From: Alphaproteobacteria bacterium
GTDB lineage: Bacteria; Pseudomonadota; Alphaproteobacteria; UBA6615
DNA: 64,000 nucleotides
Assembly: GCA_965261975.1 (NCBI GenBank)
Contig: CBDHEC010000056.1
Location: 64,001-128,000, forward strand
Direction of reading: 5' to 3'
Of this stretch, positions 23,818 to 32,214 are shown one piece after another (the first letter of the stretch is position 1; each line of letters begins with the position of its first letter). The notes below the pieces were generated by a model, which saw nothing but the letters and a program-made list of their open reading frames with translations, made no database searches and was not told where the DNA came from. A program made the position numbers and the translations under genes.

Positions 23818-23949
23818 GTGACGATACGTCCTTTCAGATCATACTTGTCATGCCAACCGGTTGGTTCCGGCGGTCTTTCGCACCCACACGTCTGTCCGGC
23901 CAATCCGGACATTGAAACGGTGCTGGATACGCAAACATTCCAGCCGAGA

Positions 23950-24582
23950 TTAACTGGATAGATCCTCGATATAGGCCCGTGTCTCTTCGAAGACGGCGTC
24001 GGGCGTTTTATCTGAAGTATCGATCTCGCGTGCGTCCCCCGACTGCAATGGGGAGACCTCTCGAGTGCGATCGCGCTCGTCACGCGCTTCTATCTCGGCC
24101 AGGACGGCGGGATATGTACTCTCTAAGCCCTTTTCCTGCAACTCTTTATGGCGCCGTTCCGCCCGGATTTCGGGGCGGGCCGTGACGAAGAGTTTTACGT
24201 CCGCATCCGGACACACGACCGAGCCGATGTCGCGCCCGTCCAGGACGGCCCCCGCCTTACCGTCGGGCGGCGTTTGTGCGAAGCCCCGCTGGAAGTCGAG
24301 CAGCACCGCGCGCACGTCGGGAATCGCCGCCACCTGCGAGGCCGCGTCGGCCACCGTTTCAGTGTGCAGGTCGACGGATTCCAGTTTCGCAGGGTCGAGC
24401 GCTCTGGCCGCACGGACCGCGTCGTTTTCGTTGGACGGATCGCCGCCATCGGCGAGCACGAGGTAGCCCACTGAACGATAAAGACGGCCGGTATCCAGAA
24501 AGGCGAAATCGAAATGCGCCGCGAGCCGCCTGGCCAGTGTGCCCTTGCCGGCGGCAGCCGGTCCGTCGATCGCGATGATCAT
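23950..24582 (-). CDS. cmk: Cytidylate kinase
   Basis: IAIDGPAAAGKGT, LDTGRLYR, DGRDIG, RDERD; ATG 24582 overlaps the aroA stop. Confidence 0.97.
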   Translation of the reverse strand: MIIAIDGPAAAGKGTLARRLAAHFDFAFLDTGRLYRSVGYLVLADGGDPSNENDAVRAARALDPAKLESVDLHTETVADAASQVAAIPDVRAVLLDFQRGFAQTPPDGKAGAVLDGRDIGSVVCPDADVKLFVTARPEIRAERRHKELQEKGLESTYPAVLAEIEARDERDRTREVSPLQSGDAREIDTSDKTPDAVFEETRAYIEDLSS

Positions 24583-25946
24583 GCGCTTTGTTCCGTGCCG
24601 ACTTCCGAAATATCCGCACCGAGCTCGCCCATGGTCTCGATGAATCCCGGAAAACTCGTCTGGACGGTGCGGACATCGTCGATCGTGACCGGGTTTTCCG
24701 TCGCCAGGCCGAGGACCAGGAAGCTCATCGCGATCCGATGGTCGAGATTGGCGGCAATTTCGCCGCCGCCGGGCGGCGGGCCGTCGCAACCCTGGATCAC
24801 CAGCCGGTCTTCCTCGCTCCACACGGCCACCCCGCAGGCCGCGAGCCCCGCTTCCACGGCGGCCAGGCGGTCGCTTTCCTTGACCCGCAATTCGCCGACA
24901 CCCTCGAACACGGTGGTCCCCGACGCGCAGGCCGCCGCCGCCGCCAGCACGGGATACTCGTCGATCATGGACGGTGCACGTTCCGCAGGCACGATCACGC
25001 CTTTCAGGGATCGGGCGCGGATGCACAGGTCGGCGACGGGTTCACCGCCGACATCGCGGGGATTGTCGCGGGAGATATCGGCACCCATTTCGGTCAATGT
25101 ATCGAACAGGCCGATGCGGGCCGGGTTCATGCCGACCGCCGGCAGGTGTACCTCCGAGCCCGTGACGATCGCCGCGGCGACGGCCGGGAAGGCGGCCGAA
25201 CTCGGGTCGGCGGGGACTTCTATTTCCGCCGCATTCAGTTCTGGCAGGCCGGTGATCGTGATCCGGCGGCCTTCATCCGTTTCCGTGATCTCGAGTTCCG
25301 CACCCATATGGGCGAGCATGCGCTCGGTATGGTCGCGGGTTGGTGCGGCTTCGATCACGCTCGTTTTCCCGGGCGCGTGGAGCCCGGCCAGAAGAATCGC
25401 GGATTTCACCTGGGCCGATGGCACCGGCAGTACATATTCCATGGGCAGCAGGTCGGCGGTGCCGGTGATCGACAGGGGCATCCGGCCGCCGTCACGCGAC
25501 GACGATTGTATCCCCATCTCGGTGAGCGGTTCGATGACCCGGCCCATGGGCCGGGCGCGCAGGGAATCGTCGCCGGTCAGGATGGCGGTGAAATCATGGC
25601 CGGCGAGCAGGCCGCAGAGGAGCCGGGCCGCGGTGCCGGAGTTGCCCATGTCCAGCACGTCGTCGGGTGCGTGCAGGCCACCCACACCGACGCCGTGGAT
25701 TTCCCAGGCGCCGTTATCGCCACGCGTGATGGCGACCCCCATGCGACGCAGGGCGGCCGCCGTGGCCAGCACGTCCTCGCCCTCGAGCAGCCCTTCCGCG
25801 CGGGTCGTTCCGACGGCGAGCGCGCCCAGCATCAGCGCGCGATGCGAGATCGATTTGTCGCCGGGCACGCGCACCCGGCCGGTGAGGGCCGTGCTGTGGC
25901 GCGCGGTTGCGGGAGCGGGAGATTGGGTTGTGGCGTTGTCGGTCAT
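24579..25946 (-). CDS. aroA: 3-phosphoshikimate 1-carboxyvinyltransferase (EPSP synthase, class II)
   Basis: PGDKSISHR, GNSGT, SAQVKSA, RDHTE, KESDR, DHRIAM. Confidence 0.97.
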   Translation of the reverse strand: MTDNATTQSPAPATARHSTALTGRVRVPGDKSISHRALMLGALAVGTTRAEGLLEGEDVLATAAALRRMGVAITRGDNGAWEIHGVGVGGLHAPDDVLDMGNSGTAARLLCGLLAGHDFTAILTGDDSLRARPMGRVIEPLTEMGIQSSSRDGGRMPLSITGTADLLPMEYVLPVPSAQVKSAILLAGLHAPGKTSVIEAAPTRDHTERMLAHMGAELEITETDEGRRITITGLPELNAAEIEVPADPSSAAFPAVAAAIVTGSEVHLPAVGMNPARIGLFDTLTEMGADISRDNPRDVGGEPVADLCIRARSLKGVIVPAERAPSMIDEYPVLAAAAACASGTTVFEGVGELRVKESDRLAAVEAGLAACGVAVWSEEDRLVIQGCDGPPPGGGEIAANLDHRIAMSFLVLGLATENPVTIDDVRTVQTSFPGFIETMGELGADISEVGTEQSA

Positions 25947-26138
25947 GGCTTCTGTCTTGTCCGGGCGGCGACCGATTAGCACAAGTTTCGGTGCCGGGCC
26001 ATGAACCTGGTGGGCCTTTGCGGCGTCTTTGGCGCCGCCGGGTTGCGACAAAGTGAGTGTGGACCGCAGATTTGCTTTTGACAGGCCGTGCTGTTCATGG
26101 CACACGGCGCGTCCGAAACACACCGGAGGGTACCACCA

Positions 26139-26489
26139 GTGGCAAAACCCGAATGGGGCGTAAAGCGGACATGCTTGGCATGTGGCGCACGCTTCTATGA
26201 CATGCAGAAATCACCGATCGTCTGCCCGAGCTGCGAAGCCGAGTTCGACCCGGAGGCGATCTTCCGCCCGCGGCGCAATCGCCCGGCCGACGCCGAGGCT
26301 CCCGCACCGGCGAATGACGACGCCGCCAAGCCGGCCGCCACCGCGGAGGATGAGGTCGAAGCGTTGGTCAGCGACGTTGAGGTCGAGGATGACGACGACG
26401 ATGATGATGCCGCGCTCGCGCCGGACCTCGACGACGATGAGGATGATGAGCCCGTTGTCGTGATCAAGAACGACGACGACGAGAGCTAG
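26139..26489 (+). CDS. TIGR02300 (FYDLN_acid) family protein
   Basis: AKPEWGVKRTCLACGARFYDM...CPSC zinc ribbon with an Asp/Glu-rich tail; divergent from aroA, upstream of tRNA-Ala. Confidence 0.9.
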   Translation: MAKPEWGVKRTCLACGARFYDMQKSPIVCPSCEAEFDPEAIFRPRRNRPADAEAPAPANDDAAKPAATAEDEVEALVSDVEVEDDDDDDDAALAPDLDDDEDDEPVVVIKNDDDES

Positions 26490-26592
26490 GCGGGCCAAGG
26501 GGAAAAACCACTTGCGTTGATCGGCGGGTCCAGTATCTTCCCGCCGCCCGGCCGAAAGGCCGAACGCCACAAGATTAGAGTTCAAGAGTTTT

Positions 26593-26668
<76 letters not shown>

Positions 26669-26671
26669 TTT

Positions 26672-26712
26672 AAAACAAGGGCTTAGCGAGAAATCGCTAG
26701 GCCCTTTGTTTT
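26672..26712 (+). terminator. Stem-loop/terminator after tRNA-Ala
   Basis: AAAACAAGGGCTTAGCGA-gaaa-TCGCTAGGCCCTTTGTTTT imperfect inverted repeat. Confidence 0.75.
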
Positions 26713-26715
26713 GCC

Positions 26716-26734
26716 GGGTAAGCGCTGGGTAAGC
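26716..26734. repeat. GGGTAAGC direct repeat, possible integrase arm-type sites at an att junction
   Basis: GGGTAAGC-gct-GGGTAAGC directly after the post-tRNA hairpin. Confidence 0.45.
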
Positions 26735-26953
26735 AGGTGTCGCGATCTGGCCCGGGGATCGCTGGATGTTGTGGGGGCCTTGCTGGGCAATAGCCGAAGC
26801 GATGCGTTCGGTTTTCGGACCGATGCCACCTAATAACGAATCTCCTTGACCTGACTCGCCTGTGTTCCCATCTTCAGTGGGTCAGCCTCGTGGACTCGAG
26901 GGCGGGCATACATCAACGAGCTGCCGGACGGTGGCATCGATAAGGAGAAAGAC

Positions 26954-28135
26954 ATGCTGGAAAAATTCCGGTTCAAGACAGCGTACGCGCGTCGCATTCC
27001 CGATCCCAATTTCAAGAACGAGCACGGCACGGAGAGGCACCTCTTCGTCATGCCGGTGAAGTCGATTCCGACAGGAATCGGGCTCGACCCCAACGCCCGC
27101 AAGCCCAACATTCAGAAGCGTGTCTATCGTAAGGTGGAGGCGAGCCTGCTTCAGCAGGACGACAGCCCGAAGGGCACGTTCCACCTGAAGAGCAAGGGCA
27201 TCACGATCATCGCCCAGGCAGTGAAGCAGCTTGGCGACAACGAGTACGAGGTGGCCATCGAGTCCGGTATCCACGGGATCGTTGATGGCGGCCATACTTA
27301 CAAGCTCATCACTGAAAACCAGGATAATGACGATCTTTCCGATGACCAGTACGTGAACGTTGAAGTTCGCGTTGGAGTCCCTGAGCGGTGGATTCCGGAA
27401 ATTGCCGGCGGCCTCAATACGTCGGTGCAGGTCCAGGACATGAGCCTTGACGATCTCTCTGGTCAGTTTGAATGGCTGAAGGGTTGTCTTCGTGGTGAAT
27501 CGTACTTCGACAAGATCGCTTGGTCTGAGAACGATCCGGGTGACTACGATGCCCGTGACATCATCAGCATGCTGTTGTGCTTCAACGTGGCGCTGTTCCC
27601 GAACGATCAGGAAGAACATCCGGTCGCGGCGTACGAGAAGAAGTCTGCGGCTCTGAAGATGTTCGAGGAGAACACTGAGAGCTTCAAGCGCATGAAGCCG
27701 ATCATCAAGGACATCCTGCGTTTCCACGACATCGTCTCGATGCATGGTCGGCAGCTCTACAATCAGGCTGGTGGTGCCAAGGGCGGTTCACTCGCATTCG
27801 TCGATCACCGCAAGCGTAGGAAGTACCAGTTTACCTTCACGGGCGAGGAAGATGCGTTCCGGCTCGCGCCGGGTGCCCTCTATCCGATGATGGCGTCGTT
27901 CCGCTGGTATGTCGTCCAGGATCAGGAAACCCTGAAGATGAAATGGCGCGGCGGGTTCAAGGCGGTTCTTGCTGCCTGGCAGGATCTGGGCGGTGATCTG
28001 ATGCGGGCGACGGTCCAGACCAGCAACGAGCTGGGACGTAACCCGCAGTCGATCGGCAAGAGCCGCAATCACTGGTCGAATCTGCACTCGCGGGTCGTGA
28101 AGTACGACCTGATGAGCCAGCAGCAGTCTGCCTGA
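26954..28135 (+). CDS. AIPR (abortive infection phage resistance) family protein
   Basis: NARKP, FHLKSKGITII, GIVDGGHT (variant of the AIPR/ParB-like IVNG.QT motif), LNTSVQV; AAGGAG RBS; lower GC than flanks. Confidence 0.7.
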   Translation: MLEKFRFKTAYARRIPDPNFKNEHGTERHLFVMPVKSIPTGIGLDPNARKPNIQKRVYRKVEASLLQQDDSPKGTFHLKSKGITIIAQAVKQLGDNEYEVAIESGIHGIVDGGHTYKLITENQDNDDLSDDQYVNVEVRVGVPERWIPEIAGGLNTSVQVQDMSLDDLSGQFEWLKGCLRGESYFDKIAWSENDPGDYDARDIISMLLCFNVALFPNDQEEHPVAAYEKKSAALKMFEENTESFKRMKPIIKDILRFHDIVSMHGRQLYNQAGGAKGGSLAFVDHRKRRKYQFTFTGEEDAFRLAPGALYPMMASFRWYVVQDQETLKMKWRGGFKAVLAAWQDLGGDLMRATVQTSNELGRNPQSIGKSRNHWSNLHSRVVKYDLMSQQQSA

Positions 28136-28289
28136 CGAGACTTGGGCCGGGCGGTCTTGCGTTCCACGCAGGGCCGCCCCTCGCCCGTTCGCCTTGACGT
28201 CTGTACACCGCGACAATCACACCGATGGCGAGCATGCGGCCTTAATGTCTACCCAGGGTAGACTTGGTGGGCATGTTCAAGGGGGAAAC

Positions 28290-28741
28290 ATGAACGAGGA
28301 TCCCAAGGGCGGCGATCTTTTCATCGTCGATAACAGTATTTCTGGGTGGACGGCGCTCCGCTACCTGACCGAGTGGGCGGAGCTCGCGAAGAGCTTCGAC
28401 GTCGCCACTGGTTACTTCGAGATCGGCGGGCTGCTCGCCATGGAGGACAATTGGCAGCAGCTCGACAAGATTCGAATTCTCATGGGCGACGAGACGACGG
28501 CGCGTTCAAAGAAGGCGATCCTCGAGGCCATTCGCTCGAACGCAGAGGCACGCCTCGACGACAGCCTCGAGGCCGAGAAGACCGACCGGCCTTTCCTCGA
28601 TGGCGTTCCCGCGATCGAGGCGGCGCTGCGCGCAGGAAAGATCGAGTGCCGTGTCTATAATAAGGACAAGTTCCACGCGAAGGCCTACATCACCCATGCC
28701 AAAGTCGATGTGATCGGTGCCCAGGCGCTGGTCGGTTCGAG
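28290..28741 (+). pseudogene. N-terminal phospholipase D-like (HxK) nuclease domain, probably of a PLD-helicase defence protein, truncated by IS3
   Basis: FDVATGYF, IRILMG, KFHAKAYI, ALVGSS; the frame runs into the IS left end exactly at the GSS(N) motif. Confidence 0.75.
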
Positions 28742-28816
28742 TGACCTGCTCCCCTGAATTCGGTCCAGGGAAATTGAGAGAGTCCGGCTAACCTGAACCT
28801 CGAGGAGGAGGAGACG

Positions 28817-29095
28817 ATGAGCCGGAAGCGATACACCCCAGAACAGATTATCGGGATGCTGCGGGAGGCCGAGGTGCGCCTGTCGCAGGGCGAGACGGTC
28901 GGCGTGATCTGCCGAGGTCTGAGTATCTCGGAGCAGAGTTATTACCGCTGGCGTCGCGAGTATGGCGGATTGCGAGTGGACCAGGCGAAGCGTCTGAAGG
29001 AACTGGAGAAGGAGAACGCGCGGCTTCGGCGGGCGGTCTCTGATCTGACGCTGGACAAGCTGATCCTGAAAGAGGTTGCGGAGGGAAACTTCTAA
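28817..29095 (+). CDS. IS3 transposase OrfA (HTH)
   Basis: [36 protein letters not shown]; GAGGAGGAG RBS. Confidence 0.93.
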   Translation: MSRKRYTPEQIIGMLREAEVRLSQGETVGVICRGLSISEQSYYRWRREYGGLRVDQAKRLKELEKENARLRRAVSDLTLDKLILKEVAEGNF

Positions 29096-29967
29096 GCCCC
29101 GCACGCCGTCGTGCCGCGGTCGATCACGTGCAGAGCCGGTTCGATGTATCGGAACGCCGTGCCTGTCGTGTGATTGGCCAACACCGCTCGACGCAGCGCC
29201 GCACAGCGGTCCGTCGTGACGATGAAGACGCCCTGACGGCTGCGATTGTTGATCTGGCATCCAAATATGGCCGTTACGGCTATCGCCGGGTCGCGGCGCT
29301 GCTGCGTGCCCAGGGGTGGCACGTCAACGTCAAACGGGTGTGGCGTATCTGGCGGCGTGAGGGGCTGAAGGTGCCCTCAAAACAGCCCAAACGCGGGCGG
29401 TTGTGGCTCAATGACGGGTCGTGTGTTCGGCTCAGGCCGAGCTGGCCGAACCATGTCTGGGCCTACGACTTCGTCCAGGATCGCACGCATGACGGCCGTG
29501 CTATCCGGATGCTGACGGTGATCGACGAGTACACCCGCCAGTGCCTGGCCATCGAGGTTGCCCGCCGCCTGCGTCACGACGATGTGCTGCAGGTGCTGGC
29601 CGAGCTGTTCACGCGGCATGGGCCGCCGGATCACATCCGCTCGGACAACGGCAGTGAGTTCACTGCCATCGCCGTGCGCGATTGGCTGCCGAGGCTTGGC
29701 GTGAAGACGCTGTTCATCGAACCCGGGTCGCCCTGGGAGAACGGCTACAACGAGAGCTTCAATGGCAAGCTGCGCGACGAGCTGCTCAACGGCGAGATCT
29801 TCTACACGCTACAGGAGGCGACGGTGCTCATCGAACGCTGGCGCCAGCACTACAACACCGTCAGGCCGCACAGTTCGCTCGGCTACAGGCCACCCGCGCC
29901 AGTCACGGTCTTGCCGCCAATGGCCAGATCGAACTACCCTCAAACCGTCCGGACCCTCTCACAGTGA
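29092..29967 (+). CDS. IS3 transposase OrfB (DDE), expressed by -1 frameshift
   Basis: [48 protein letters not shown]; slippery G GGA AAC at 29083-29089. Confidence 0.93.
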   Translation, partial: LSPARRRAAVDHVQSRFDVSERRACRVIGQHRSTQRRTAVRRDDEDALTAAIVDLASKYGRYGYRRVAALLRAQGWHVNVKRVWRIWRREGLKVPSKQPKRGRLWLNDGSCVRLRPSWPNHVWAYDFVQDRTHDGRAIRMLTVIDEYTRQCLAIEVARRLRHDDVLQVLAELFTRHGPPDHIRSDNGSEFTAIAVRDWLPRLGVKTLFIEPGSPWENGYNESFNGKLRDELLNGEIFYTLQEATVLIERWRQHYNTVRPHSSLGYRPPAPVTVLPPMARSNYPQTVRTLSQ

Positions 29968-30041
29968 CTGGACCCATGATCAGGGGCAGGCCAATGTAGT
30001 CGAAGCTGTCGGTCACGAGATGGTCCGGATCGCGGGAATGG

Positions 30042-30656
30042 TCAGGCCGCCGCTGCGTAGGCCGCCTGGAGCGCCGGGCGGGCCTTCAGGCACTCGATAT
30101 AGGCCGCCACGTTCGGCTTGTCGGAGATATCGGCGCCCAGGCGGGCGGCCACGATGGTGGCATGGCCGGACATGATGTCGGCGCCCGAGAAGTCCCCGGC
30201 CAGATAGTCCCGGTCCGCGAGCCGTTGCTCGACGGCGCCCAGCATCCGGGTCAGGAGCTTGGTCGCCCGGTCGATATTGACCTGGTTGCGCCGCGCCTCG
30301 GACAGGAAGAATTTCTCCACCACAATCGTGTTCACCGGCGGCATCAACATCCCCTCGGCATAATGCAGCCACTGGAGGTACTCGGCGAAATCCGGCGAGG
30401 CCTGGTCGGGCACCAGCGCGCCGTTGCCGTATCTGGCCAGCACATACTCGACGATAGCGCCGGATTCGAAGATTGTCACCTCGCCATCGTCAAGCGCCGG
30501 CACCCGGCCCATGGGGTGGACCTTGAGATAGTCGTCGGCGCGCATGTCCGAGCTGCCGAGCTTGAAGGTCTCCAGCTCGTAGGGCAGGCCCAGCTCCTCG
30601 AACAGCCAGATGATCCGGGTCGAGCGGGTCTCTGGTGCGTGATAGATCTTCATCAT
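30042..30656 (-). CDS. Glutathione S-transferase family protein
   Basis: TRSTRIIWLFEELG, HPMGRVPAL, FESGAI, FSGADIM. Confidence 0.92.
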   Translation of the reverse strand: MMKIYHAPETRSTRIIWLFEELGLPYELETFKLGSSDMRADDYLKVHPMGRVPALDDGEVTIFESGAIVEYVLARYGNGALVPDQASPDFAEYLQWLHYAEGMLMPPVNTIVVEKFFLSEARRNQVNIDRATKLLTRMLGAVEQRLADRDYLAGDFSGADIMSGHATIVAARLGADISDKPNVAAYIECLKARPALQAAYAAAA

Positions 30657-30669
30657 GGCGCGCGCGTCT

Positions 30670-30987
30670 TCACACCACGTCGAAGATGGCGCGGGTCAGG
30701 GTCTCGCGATTGATCATCGCCATGTATTCCTTCACCACGTCGGGGATCGTGTCGATGTTGCTGATCGAATTGCGCGCATCCTCGGCAGTCTTCCAGGTGA
30801 CGATGATGGCCCACACGTCGTCCTCGTCGCGGCCGATCTCGCGGTGCAGGAAACCGGGCTGGGCGCTGGTGAATTCCGCGCCCACCTGTCGACAGAGCGC
30901 GAGATAAGCATCGGGGTCGGCCCCATCATTGAGCTTGTAGTTCACGATCTCGACGGCGTAGGGCGGGGTCAGCTGGGGCGTGGGCAT
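30670..30987 (-). CDS. Small ABM-like (dimeric alpha/beta barrel) protein
   Basis: VEIVNYKL...AQPGFLHRE...IVTW pattern; AGGAG RBS before ATG 30987. Confidence 0.65.
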   Translation of the reverse strand: MPTPQLTPPYAVEIVNYKLNDGADPDAYLALCRQVGAEFTSAQPGFLHREIGRDEDDVWAIIVTWKTAEDARNSISNIDTIPDVVKEYMAMINRETLTRAIFDVV

Positions 30988-31136
30988 GGCGGGTCTCTCC
31001 TGTTCATGTTGCCCCTTTGTACGAACCGGGGATCGGGCGTGCAAATCCGATGTGATCCGTTCATGCGCATTGAGAAGAACGGGGAATGCTGTTCCGGCAT
31101 GGGCTAATGTGTCCGGCAAATAGGAGGACACCGAAA

Positions 31137-31934
31137 ATGCCCAAACTCGTCGATCTCACCCGCCCCATCGATTCCCGAAACCGCGAACTCGTCAGCCCCG
31201 CCATGCAGGGCCTGGCGAACATCTTCGGCCCCGACATCAAATATCTCCGCCCCGAGGAACTCGGGCGCGACCGGATGACGGAGTTCTTCGGCTGCGGCGC
31301 CGAGCACCTGCCCGACGGTGAGGGCTGGGGCGAGGAAGTCCTGAATGACATGAACACCCACTGCTCGACCCATGTGGACGCGCCCTATCACAGCGGCAAC
31401 ACCATCGAGGGCAAGCCGGCGCGCAAGATTCACGAGATCGACGTGCAGGAGCTGTTCTGCCCCGGCATGGTGCTCGACATGCGCCCCTACGCCAAGCCGG
31501 ACACCGCATTTTCCATCGAGGATCTGCAGGCGGCGATCGATGCCGTCGGCCGGCCGATCGAGGAGGGTGACGCGGTGATGTTGCGCACGGGCCAGGAACG
31601 CTATGGCATGAAGGACCCCGAATTCTGGACCTATCCGGGCATGACCCGCGACGGCACCGTGTTCCTGACCGGGCAGGGCGCAAGGGTGCTGGGCACGGAC
31701 GCGGTCGGCTGGGACCGGCCGTTCCCCGTGATGAAGAAGGCGTTCGAGGAGACCGGCGACAAGAGCGAAATCTGGGACGGGCATTTCGCCGTGCGAGAGC
31801 GCGAGGCCTTCATCGTCCAGCAGCTCGACAATCTGGCCGCCCTGCCGCCGACGGGATACATGGTCGCCTTCTTCCCGATCCGGCTGGTCGGCACCAGTGC
31901 GGCCCCGGCGCGGGTCGTGGCGTTCCTGGATTAG
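31137..31934 (+). CDS. Cyclase/kynurenine formamidase family metal hydrolase
   Basis: LVDLTRP, THCSTHVDAPYH, LRTG, LGTD, AAPARVVA; AGGAGG RBS. Confidence 0.9.
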   Translation: MPKLVDLTRPIDSRNRELVSPAMQGLANIFGPDIKYLRPEELGRDRMTEFFGCGAEHLPDGEGWGEEVLNDMNTHCSTHVDAPYHSGNTIEGKPARKIHEIDVQELFCPGMVLDMRPYAKPDTAFSIEDLQAAIDAVGRPIEEGDAVMLRTGQERYGMKDPEFWTYPGMTRDGTVFLTGQGARVLGTDAVGWDRPFPVMKKAFEETGDKSEIWDGHFAVREREAFIVQQLDNLAALPPTGYMVAFFPIRLVGTSAAPARVVAFLD

Positions 31935-32047
31935 GCGGCAGGAGCCACACGCCATACGTGCAACGAATGTCTAATAGACCGGCGCGGGGCATTCGGGTTG
32001 ATTGGGGACAGGAGGCGGTTGCGTAGCTTATGCCGCGCTGCCATCTA

Positions 32048-32113
32048 GTTCCTCCGTTCCCCCGACCCCGTCATGGGGTTATTTAGTGCAGGGCTCCGCC
32101 CTGCACTTTTTTT
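32048..32113 (+). ncRNA. Candidate small regulatory RNA with CU-rich anti-SD segment
   Basis: Promoter-like TTGCGT-N17-CATCTA (32019-32047), GTTCCTCCGTTCCCCC, small hairpin GACCCC/GGGGTT, then a strong terminator. Confidence 0.35.
32085..32113 (+). terminator. Intrinsic terminator
   Basis: AGTGCAGGGC-tcc-GCCCTGCACT followed by a T run. Confidence 0.85.
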
Positions 32114-32214
32114 GTCCGGATCGTCGCCCGGGCTCCACATTCGACCTTTTGTGGTAGGTTCCCCGCCCGGGCCGGTCGTGGTGACCGGCGGGTATGCGCG
32201 GGTACGGCGAGCCA

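Larger units (their letters stand above)
28742..29993 (+). mobile_element. IS3-family insertion sequence (1252 bp)
   Basis: IRL TGACCTGCTCCCCTGAATTCGGTCCAG (28742-28768), IRR reverse complement TGGCCTGCCCCTGATCATGGGTCCAG (29968-29993), TG...CA ends, orfA/orfB; no target-site duplication. Confidence 0.95.

Noticed and set aside
26380-26480. GAC/GAT trinucleotide-like repeats
   Set aside because: They encode the poly-Asp tail of the TIGR02300 protein; not an independent repeat element.
31969-31979. Palindrome GTCTA-A-TAGAC upstream of the CrbS-like gene as a regulator site
   Set aside because: Too short, and arm orientation does not match the GAC-N4-GTC-type site I recall for CrbR.
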